From the NCBI GenBank assembly GCA_964057225.1, contig OZ059900.1, positions 6,820,001-6,884,000 on the forward strand: a stretch of 64,000 bases of DNA. The letters are read 5' to 3'. Both the position numbers and the translations under genes were made by a program. Each line of letters opens with the position of its first letter. Position 1 is the stretch's first letter. Source of the stretch: Auanema rhodensis (taxonomy: Eukaryota > Animalia > Nematoda). This document shows, piece after piece, positions 29,778 through 41,119 of the stretch. Below the pieces are notes generated by a model that was given only the letters and a program-made list of their open reading frames with translations, did no database searches and was not told the DNA's origin.

Positions 29778-29864
29778 GAGACACTGCTCAAGGTTCACAA
29801 AGGTATGATAACATATCATATGATAATTTAAAATGGAGGAAGAAGTTTCAAAAATTGTGTATGT

Positions 29865-30401
29865 GAGAAAGGAAAAAAAACTAAAATAAGCAACAAATTG
29901 GAAGAACTAAACAAACGCTAAAACAAGAATAAAGAAAAAAAATTCAAAAAATTCTATGAAAGAGAAAAACGAAAATTGAAAAAAGTTAAAAAGGGAAAGA
30001 AAAAAAGGTAAAAAAAAAAAAAAAAGGCCAAAAAAAGAATTAAACGAAAAAAACTTTTCAAAAGGTTATGAAAATATAAAAAAAAACAAAAAAAAACGGA
30101 AAAAAAGGCTTAAAAAAAAGAGTTGAACAAAAAAAATAAGAAAAAGGGTTTAAAAAGTAAAAAAACTGAAAAAAAGGCTTAAAAAAAAGAATTGAACAAA
30201 AAAAATCTTAAAAAAGGTTATGAAAAAGAGGAACTGAAAAAAAGGCTTTAAAAAAATTGAACAAAAAAATCGTAAAAAAGTTATAAAAAAGAAAAAAAAG
30301 GTTACAGAACAAATTGAACGAAAAGAATTTGAAAAAAGTTAACAAAAGGGTAAAAAAAAAAAGAAAAAAAAATATCAAGAATGTAGTTTTGAAAAAAAAA
30401 A
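29865..30401 (+). repeat. A-rich low-complexity tract between the two satellites
   Basis: Runs of A interrupted by gg/ggtt/gaac; loose internal repeats such as aaaaaaggcttaaaaaaaa and ttgaacaaaaaaa. Confidence 0.9.
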
Positions 30402-30580
30402 GCCCTCTGCCAGCACAACTTTGCGCCAACTTGTATATTTCTCTACGGAAATAGAGAACAACAGATTATGGAATATCATGCTAAGAAGGAAGATCAGTTG
30501 AATCACCTTAGAGGATGGGGCTTTTACCACTCACTATATCAATCAGATTCCATAAAGTAAATGTCAACAACAAATGATAC

Positions 30581-33500
30581 ATATTCCTCAGGCAGAAAAT
30601 GGTATACGGTATAAATTGAAATTTTGGTTAATTTTTTTTTCACAGGGACAGCAGTATTCCAATTTACTGAAAAACTCCTGATAGAAGCTTCACCAGTGCA
30701 TATATGCTTGTATATTCCTCAGGCAGAAAATGGTATACGGTATAAATTGAAATTTTGATTAATTTTTTTTTCACAGGGACAGCAGTATTCCAATTTACTG
30801 AAAAACTCCTGATAGAAGCTTCACCAGTGCATATATGCTTGTATATTCCTCAGGCAGAAAATGGTATACGGTATAAATTAAAATTTTGATTAATTTTTTT
30901 TTCACAGGGACAGCAGTATTCCAATTTACTGAAAAACTCCTGATAGAAGCTTCACCAGTGCATATATGCTTGTATATTCCTCAGGCAGAAAATGGTATAC
31001 GGTATAAATTGAAATTTTGATTAATTTTTTTTTCACAGGGACAGCAGTATTCCAATTTACTGAAAAACTCCTGATCGAGGCTTCACCAGTGCATATATGC
31101 CTGTATATTCCTCAGGCAGAAAATGGTATACGGTATAAATTGAAATTTTGATTAATTTTTTTTTCACAGGGACAGCAGTATTGCAATTTATTGATATGGA
31201 TAATCCACAACATTAGGAGCATCTTCCTTCTCACGATTCTCATTTTCAATTGGTTAACATTTTCTTTTTTGTATTTATTTTCAACAGTGGGGCAAGTTTG
31301 ACGATGAGCTTCACTACGCGTTGTTATCTTCTCACACTGTCGGAACGAAAATGTCGAAACTCCTGATAGAAGCTTCACCAGTGCATATATGCTTGTATAT
31401 TCCTCAGGCAGAAAATGGTATACGGTATAAATTGAAATTTTGATTAATTTTTTTTTCACAGGGACAGCAGTATTCCAATTTACTGAAAAACTCCTGATAG
31501 AAGCTTCACCAGTGCATATATGCTTGTATATTCCTCAGGCAGAAAATGGTATACGGTATAAATTGAAATTTTGGTTAATTTTTTTTTCACAGGGACAGCA
31601 GTATTGCAATTTATTGATATGGATAATCCACAACATTAGGAGCATCTTCCTTCTCACGATTCTCATTTTCAATTGGTTAACATTTTCTTTTTTGTATTTA
31701 TTTTCAACAGTGGGGCAAGTTTGACGATGAGCTTCACTACGCGTTGTTATCTTCTCACACTGTCGGAACGAAAATGTCGAAACTCCTGATAGAAGCTTCA
31801 CCAGTGCATATATGCTTGTATATTCCTCAGGCAGAAAATGGTATACGGTATAAATTGAAATTTTGATTAATTTTTTTTTCACAGGGACAGCAGTATTCCA
31901 ATTTACTGAAAAACTCCTGATAGAAGCTTCACCAGTGCATATATGCTTGTATATTCCTCAGGCAGAAAATGGTATACGGTATAAATTGAAATTTTGGTTA
32001 ATTTTTTTTTCACAGGGACAGCAGTATTGCAATTTATTGATATGGATAATCCACAACATTAGGAGCATCTTCCTTCTCACGATTCTCATTTTCAATTGGT
32101 TAACATTTTCTTTTTTGTATTTATTTTCAACAGTGGGGCAAGTTTGACGATGAGCTTCACTACGCGTTGTTATCTTCTCACACTGTCGGAACGAAAATGT
32201 CGAAACTCCTGATAGAAGCTTCACCAGTGCATATATGCTTGTATATTCCTCAGGCAGAAAATGGTATACGGTATAAATTGAAATTTTGATTAATTTTTTT
32301 TTCACAGGGACAGCAGTATTCCAATTTACTGAAAAACTCCTGATGGAGGCTTCACCAGTGCATATATGCCTGTATATTCCTCAGGCAGAAAATGGTATAC
32401 GGTATCAATTGAAATTTTGATTAATTTTTGTTTCACAGGGACAGCAGTATTCCAATTTATTGATATGGATAATCCACAACATTAGAAGCATCTTCCTTCT
32501 CACGATTCTCATTTTCAATTGGTTAACATTTTCTTTTTTGTATTTTTTTTCAACAGTGGGGCAAGTTTGACGATGAGCTTCACTACGCGTTGTTATCTTC
32601 TTACACTGTCGGAACGAAAATGTCGAAACTCCTGATAGAAGCTTCACCAGTGCATATATGCCTGTATATTCCTCAGGCAGAAAATGGTATACGGTATAAA
32701 TTAAAACTTTGAATAATTTTTTTTTCACAGGCACAGCAGTATTGCAATTTATTGATATGGATAATCCACAACATTAGGAGCATCTTCCTTCTCACGATTC
32801 TCATTTTCAATTGGTCAACATTTTCTTTTTTGTATTTATTTTCAACAGTGGGGCAAGTTTGACGATGAGCTTCACTACGCGTTGTTATCTTCTCACACTG
32901 TCGGAACGAAAATGTCGAAACTCCTGATAGAAGCTTCACCAGTGCATATATGCTTGTATATTCCTCAGGCAGAAAATGGTATACGGTATAAATTGAAATT
33001 TTGATTAATTTTTTTTTCACAGGGACAGCAGTATTCCAATTTACTGAAAAACTCCTGATAGAAGCTTCACCAGTGCATATATGCTTGTATATTCCTCAGG
33101 CAGAAAATGGTATACGGTATAAATTGAAATTTTGGTTAATTTTTTTTTCACAGGGACAGCAGTATTGCAATTTATTGATATGGATAATCCACAACATTAG
33201 GAGCATCTTCCTTCTCACGATTCTCATTTTCAATTGGTTAACATTTTCTTTTTTGTATTTATTTTCAACAGTGGGGCAAGTTTGACGATGAGCTTCACTA
33301 CGCGTTGTTATCTTCTCACACTGTCGGAACGAAAATGTCGAAACTCCTGATAGAAGCTTCACCAGTGCATATATGCTTGTATATTCCTCAGGCAGAAAAT
33401 GGTATACGGTATAAATTGAAATTTTGATTAATTTTTTTTTCACAGGGACAGCAGTATTCCAATTTACTGAAAAACTCCTGATAGAAGCTTCACCAGTGCA

Positions 33501-36500
33501 TATATGCTTGTATATTCCTCAGGCAGAAAATGGTATACGGTATAAATTGAAATTTTGGTTAATTTTTTTTTCACAGGGACAGCAGTATTGCAATTTATTG
33601 ATATGGATAATCCACAACATTAGGAGCATCTTCCTTCTCACGATTCTCATTTTCAATTGGTTAACATTTTCTTTTTTGTATTTATTTTCAACAGTGGGGC
33701 AAGTTTGACGATGAGCTTCACTACGCGTTGTTATCTTCTCACACTGTCGGAACTAAATGTCGAAACTCCTGATAGAAGCTTCACCAGTGCATATATGCTT
33801 GTATATTCCTCAGGCAGAAAATGGTATACGGTATAAATTGAAATTTTGATTAATTTTTTTTTCACAGGGACAGCAGTATTCCAATTTACTGAAAAACTCC
33901 TGATGGAGGCTTCACCAGTGCATATATGCCTGTATATTCCTCAGGCAGAAAATGGTATACGGTATCAATTGAAATTTTGATTAATTTTTGTTTCACAGGG
34001 ACAGCAGTATTCCAATTTATTGATATGGATAATCCACAACATTAGAAGCATCTTCCTTCTCACGATTCTCATTTTCAATTGGTTAACATTTTCTTTTTTG
34101 TATTTTTTTTCAACAGTGGGGCAAGTTTGACGATGAGCTTCACTACGCGTTGTTATCTTCTTACACTGTCGGAACGAAAATGTCGAAACTCCTGATAGAA
34201 GCTTCACCAGTGCATATATGCCTGTATATTCCTCAGGCAGAAAATGGTATACGGTATAAATTAAAACTTTGAATAATTTTTTTTTCACAGGGACAGCAGT
34301 ATTGCAATTTATTGATATGGATAATCCACAACATTAGGAGCATCTTCCTTCTCACGATTCTCATTTTCAATTGGTTAACATTTTCTTTTTTGTATTTATT
34401 TTCAACAGTGGGGCAACTTTGACGATGAGCTTCACTACGCGTTGTTATCTTCTCACACTGTCGGAACGAAAATGTCGAAACTCCTGATAGAAGCTTCACC
34501 AGTGCATATATGCTTGTATATTCCTCAGGCAGAAAATGGTATACGGTATAAATTGAAATTTTGATTAATTTTTTTTTCACAGGGACAGCAGTATTCCAAT
34601 TTACTGAAAAACTCCTGATGGAGGCTTCACCAGTGCATATATGCCTGTATATTCCTCAGGCAGAAAATGGTATACGGTATAAATTGAAATTTTGATTAAT
34701 TTTTTTTTCACAGGGACAGCAGTATTGCAATTTATTGATATGGATAATCCACAACATTAGGAGCATCTTCCTTCTCACGATTCTCATTTTCAATTGGTTA
34801 ATATTTTCTTTTTTGTATTTATTTTCAACAGTGGGGCAAGTTTGACGATGAGCTTCACTACGCGTTGTTATCTTCTCACACTGTCGGAACGAAAATGTCG
34901 AAACTGCTGATAGAAGCTTCACCAGTGCATATATGCCTGTATATTCCTCAGGCAGAAAATGGTATACGGTATAAATTGAAATTTTGATTAATTTTTTTTT
35001 CACAGGGACAGCAGTATTGCAATTTATTGATATGGATAATCCACAACATTAGGAGCATCTTCCTTCTCACGATTCTCATTTTCAATTGGTTAATATTTTC
35101 TTTTTTGTATTTATTTTCAACAGTGGGGCAAGTTTGACGATGAGCTTCACTACGCGTTGTTATCTTCTCACACTGTCGGAACGAAAATGTCGAAACTCCT
35201 GATAGAAGCTTCACCAGTGCATATATGCTTGTATATTCCTCAGGCAGAAAATGGTATACGGTATCAATTGAAATTTTGATTAATTTTTGTTTCACAGGGA
35301 CAGCAGTATTCCAATTTACTGAAAAACTCCTGATGGAGGCTTCACCAGTGCATATATGCCTGTATATTCCTCAGGCAGAAAATGGTATACGGTATAAATT
35401 GAAATTTTGATTAATTTTTTTTTCACAGGGACAGCAGTATTCCAATTTACTGAAAAACTCCTGATGGAGGCTTCACCAGTGCATATATGCCTGTATATTC
35501 CTCAGGCAGAAAATGGTATACGGTATCAATTGAAATTTTGATTAATTTTTGTTTCACAGGGACAGCAGTATTCCAATTTACTGAAAAACTCCTGATGGAG
35601 GCTTCACCAGTGCATATATGCCTGTATATTCCTCAGGCAGAAAATGGTATACGGTATAAATTGAAATTTTGATTAATTTTTTTTTCACAGGGACAGCAGT
35701 ATTCCAATTTACTGAAAAACTCCTGATGGAGGCTTCACCAGTGCATATATGCCTGTATATTCCTCAGGCAGAAAATGGTATACGGTATCAATTGAAATTT
35801 TGATTAATTTTTGTTTCACAGGGACAGCAGTATTCCAATTTACTGAAAAACTCCTGATGGAGGCTTCACCAGTGCATATATGCCTGTATATTCCTCAGGC
35901 AGAAAATGGTATACGGTACAAATTAAAACTTTGAATAATTTTTTTTTCACAGGGACAGCAGTATTCCAATTTACTGAAAAACTCCTGATGGAGGCTTCAC
36001 CAGTGCATATATGCTTGTATATTCCTCAGGCAGAAAATGGTATACGGTATAAATTGAAACTTTGAATAATTTTTTTTTCACAGGGACAGCAGTATTCCAA
36101 TTTACTGAAAAACTCCTGATGGAGGCTTCACCAGTGCATATATGCCTGTATATTCCTCAGGCAGAAAATGGTATACGGTATAAATTGAAATTTTGATTAA
36201 CTTTTTTTTCACAGGAACAGCAGTATTCCAATTTACTGAAAAACTCCTGATGGAGGCTTCACCAGTGCATATATGCCTGTATATTCCTCAGGCAGAAAAT
36301 GGTATACGGTATCAATTGAAATTTTGATTAATTTTTGTTTCACAGGGACAGCAGTATTCCAATTTACTGAAAAACTCCTGATGGAGGCTTCACCAGTGCA
36401 TATATGCCTGTATATTCCTCAGGCAGAAAATGGTATACGGTATAAATTGAAATTTTGATTAATTTTTTTTTCACAGGGACAGCAGTATTGCAATTTATTG

Positions 36501-39500
36501 ATATGGATAATTCACAACATTAGGAGCATCTTCCTTCTCACGATTCTTATTTTCAATTGGTTAACATTTTTTTTTGTTTTTATTTTCAACAGTGGGGCAA
36601 GTTTGACGATGAGCTTCACTACGCGTTGTTATCTTCTCACACTGTCGGAACGAAAATGTCGAAACTCCTGATAGAAGCTTCACCAGTGCATATATGCCTG
36701 TATATTCCTCAGGCAGAAAATGGTATACGGTATAAATTGAAATTTTGATTAATTTTTTTTTCACAGGGACAGCAGTATTCCAATTTACTGAAAAACTCCT
36801 GATGGAGGCTTCACCAGTGCATATATGCCTGTATATTCCTCAGGCAGAAAATGGTATACGGTATAAATTGAAATTTTGATTAATTTTTTTTTCACAGGGA
36901 CAGCAGTATTCCAATTTACTGAAAAACTCCTGATGGAGGCTTCACCAGTGCATATATGCCTGTATATTCCTCAGGCAGAAAATGGTATACGGTATAAATT
37001 GAAATTTTGATTAATTTTTTTTTCACAGGGACAGCAGTATTCCAATTTACTGAAAAACTCCTGATGGAGGCTTCACCAGTGCATATATGCCTGTATATTC
37101 CTCAGGCAGAAAATGGTATACGGTATAAATTGAATATTTGATTAATTTTTTTTTCACAGGGACAGCAGTATTCCAATTTACTGAAAAACTCCTGATGGAG
37201 GCTTCACCAGTGCATATATGCCTGTATATTCCTCAGGCAGAAAATGGTATACGGTATAAATTGAAATTTTGATTAATTTTTTTTTCACAGGGACAGCAGT
37301 ATTGCAATTTATTGATATGGATAATCCACAACATTAGGAGCATCTTCCTTCTCACGATTCTCATTTTCAATTGGTTAACATTTTTTTTTTGTATTTATTT
37401 TCAACAGTGGGGCAAGTTTGACGATGAGCTTCACTACGCGTTGTTATCTTCTCACACTGTCGGAACGAAAATGTCGAAACTCCTGATAGAAGCTTCACCA
37501 GTGCATATATGCCTGTATATTCCTCAGGCAGAAAATGGTATACGGTATAAATTGAAATTTTGATTAATTTTTTTTCACAGGGACAGCAGTATTCCAATTT
37601 ACTGAAAAACTCCTGATGGAGGCTTCACCAGTGCATATATGCCTGTATATTCCTCAGGCAGAAAATGGTATACGGTATAAATTGAAATTTTGATTAATTT
37701 TTTTATACAGGGACAGCAGTATTCCAATTTACTGAAAAACTCCTGATGGAGGCTTCACCAGTGCATATATGCCTGTATATTCCTCAGGCAGAAAATGGTA
37801 TACGGTATAAATTGAAATTTTGATTAATTTTTTTTTCACAGGGACAGCAGTATTGCAATTTATTGATATGGATAATCCACAACATTAGGAGCATCTTCCT
37901 TCTCACGATTCTCATTTTCAATTGGTTAACATTTTTTTTTTTGTATTTATTTTCAACAGTGGGGCAAGTTTGACGATGAGCTTCACTACGCGTTGTTATC
38001 TTCTCACACTGTCGGAACGAAAATGTCGAAACTCCTGATAGAAGCTTCACCAGTGCATATATGCCTGTATATTCCTCAGGCAGAAAATGGTATACGGTAT
38101 AAATTGAAATTTTGATTAATTTTTTTTTCACAGGGACAGCAGTATTGCAATTTATTGATATGGATAATCCACAACATTAGGAGCATCTTCCTTCTCACGA
38201 TTCTCATTTTCAATTGGTTAACATTTTTTTTTTTGTATTTATTTTCAACAGTGGGGCAAGTTTGACGATGAGCTTCACTACGCGTTGTTATCTTCTCACA
38301 CTGTCGGAACGAAAATGTCGAAACTCCTGATAGAAGCTTCACCAGTGCATATATGCCTGTATATTCCTCAGGCAGAAAATGGTATACGGTAAAAATTGAA
38401 ATTTTGATTAATTTTTTTTTCACAGGGACAGCAGTATTCCAATTTACTGAAAAACTCCTGATGGAGGCTTCACCAGTGCATATATGCCTGTATATTCCTC
38501 AGGCAGAAAATGGTATACGGTATAAATTGAAATTTTGATTAATTTTTTTATACAGGGACAGCAGTATTCCAATTTACTGAAAAACTCCTGATGGAGGCTT
38601 CACCAGTGCATATATGCCTGTATATTCCTCAGGCAGAAAATGGTATACGGTATAAATTGAAATTTTGATTAATTTTTTTATACAGGGACAGCAGTATTCC
38701 AATTTACTGAAAAACTCCTGATGGAGGCTTCACCAGTGCATATATGCCTGTATATTCCTCAGGCAGAAAATGGTATACGGTATAAATTGAAATTTTGATT
38801 AATTTTTTTTTCACAGGGACAGCAGTATTGCAATTTATTGATATGGATAATCCACAACATTAGGAGCATCTTCCTTCTCACGATTCTCATTTTCAATTGG
38901 TTAACATTTTTTTTTGTATTTATTTTCAACAGTGGGGCAAGTTTGACGATGAGCTTCACTACGCGTTATTATCTTGTCACACTGTCGGAACGAAAATGTC
39001 GAAACTCCTGATAGAAGCTTCACCAGTGCATATATGCCTGTATATTCCTCAGGCAGAAAATGGTATACGGTATAAATTGAAATTTTGATTAATTTTTTTA
39101 TACAGGGACAGCAGTATTGCAATTTACTGAAAAACTCCTGATGGAGGCTTCACCAGTGCATATATGCCTGTATATTCCTCAGGCAGAAAATGGTATACGG
39201 TATAAATTGAAATTTTGATTAATTTTTTTTTCACAGGGACAGCAGTATTCCAATTTACTGAAAAACTCCTGATGGAGGCTTCACCAGTGCATATATGCCT
39301 GTATATTCCTCAGGCAGAAAATGGTATACGGTATAAATTGAAATTTTGATTAATTTTTTTATACAGGGACAGCAGTATTCCAATTTACTGAAAAACTCCT
39401 GATGGAGGCTTCACCAGTGCATATATGCCTGTATATTCCTCAGGCAGAAAATGGTATACGGTATAAATTGAAATTTTGATTAATTTTTTTTTCACAGGGA

Positions 39501-41100
39501 CAGCAGTATTGCAATTTATTGATATGGATAATCCACAACATTAGGAGCATCTTCCTTCTCACGATTCTCATTTTCAATTGGTTAACATTTTTTTTTTTGT
39601 ATTTATTTTCAACAGTGGGGCAAGTTTGACGATGAGCTTCACTACGCGTTGTTATCTTCTCACACTGTCGGAACGAAAATGTCGAAACTCCTGATAGAAG
39701 CTTCACCAGTGCATATATGCCTGTATATTCCTCAGGCAGAAAATGGTATACGGTAAAAATTGAAATTTTGATTAATTTTTTTTTCACAGGGACAGCAGTA
39801 TTCCAATTTACTGAAAAACTCCTGATGGAGGCTTCACCAGTGCATATATGCCTGTATATTCCTCAGGCAGAAAATGGTATACGGTATAAATTGAAATTTT
39901 GATTAATTTTTTTATACAGGGACAGCAGTATTCCAATTTACTGAAAAACTCCTGATGGAGGCTTCACCAGTGCATATATGCCTGTATATTCCTCAGGCAG
40001 AAAATGGTATACGGTATAAATTGAAATTTTGATTAATTTTTTTATACAGGGACAGCAGTATTCCAATTTACTGAAAAACTCCTGATGGAGGCTTCACCAG
40101 TGCATATATGCCTGTATATTCCTCAGGCAGAAAATGGTATACGGTATAAATTGAAATTTTGATTAATTTTTTTTTCACAGGGACAGCAGTATTGCAATTT
40201 ATTGATATGGATAATCCACAACATTAGGAGCATCTTCCTTCTCACGATTCTCATTTTCAATTGGTTAACATTTTCTTTTTTGTATTTATTTTCAACAGTG
40301 GGGCAAGTTTGACGATGAGCTTCACTACGCGTTGTTATCTTCTCACACTGTCGGAACGAAAATGTCGAAACTCCTGATAGAAGCTTCACCAGTGCATATA
40401 TGCCTGTATATTCCTCAGGCAGAAAATGGTATACGGTATAAATTGAAATTTTGATTAATTTTTTTTCACAGGGACAGCAGTATTCCAATTTACTGAAAAA
40501 CTCCTGATGGAGGCTTCACTAGTGCATATATGCCTGTATATTCCTCAGGCAGAAAATGGTATACGGTATAAATTGAAATTTTGATTAATTTTTTTTTCAC
40601 AGGGACAGCAGTATTCCAATTTACTGAAAAACTCCTGATGGAGGCTTAACCAGTGCATATATGCCTGTATATTCCTCAGGCAGAAAATGGTATACGGTAT
40701 AAATTGAAATTTTAATTAATTTTTTTTTCCTAGGGACAGCAGTATTCCAATTTACTGAAAAACTCCTGATGGAGGCTTCAACAGTGCATATATGCCTGTA
40801 TATTCCTCAGGCAGAAAATGGTATACGGTATAAATTGAAATTTTAATTAATTTTTTTCCTAGGGACAGCAGTATTCCAATTTACTGAAAAACTCCTGATG
40901 GAAGCTTCACCAGTGCATATATGCCTGTATATTCCTCAGGCAGAAAATGGTATACGGTATAAATTGAAATTTTAATTAATTTTTTTTTCCTAGGGACAGC
41001 AGTATTCCAATTCATTGATACGGATATTCCACAAGATTAGGAGCATCTTCCTTCTTACGATTCTCACTTTCAACTTGTTAACATTTTCTTTGTTGTGTTT
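30581..41100 (+). repeat. Composite tandem array of 131-bp (S) and 292-bp (L = S + 161 bp) units
   Basis: The anchor attcctcaggcagaaaatggtatacgg recurs at 131- or ~292-bp spacing; S+L gives a 423-bp period at 31112/31535/31958. Terminal copy (~41000-41100) is degenerate. Confidence 0.98.
31288..31490 (+). pseudogene. USP7: Second, diverged USP7-like fragment forming the 131/292-bp units (one example shown)
   Basis: Acceptor ttttcaacag|TGG at 31288, then WGKFDD, a 13-bp deletion relative to the 451 unit, ASLRVVIFSHCRNENVETPDRSFTSAYMLVY, a 2-bp deletion, PQAENGIR, and a 37-nt intron 31425-31461 (gtataa...ttcacag). Continues TAVFQFT (S units) or TAVLQFIDMDNPQH (L units). SAYMLVY is the canonical USP C-terminal motif. 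Confidence 0.8.
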
Positions 41101-41119
41101 TGTTCATTCATTTGTCTAG

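Noticed and set aside
31112-40488. 61-121 aa ORFs on both strands of the 131/292 array
   Set aside because: They span intron and unit junctions, change with poly-T length, and show no coherent protein signal.
30581-41100. CRISPR-like array (constant repeat with optional insert)
   Set aside because: The 161-bp insert is the same sequence each time rather than unique spacers, units are far too long, there are no cas genes, and the context is eukaryotic.
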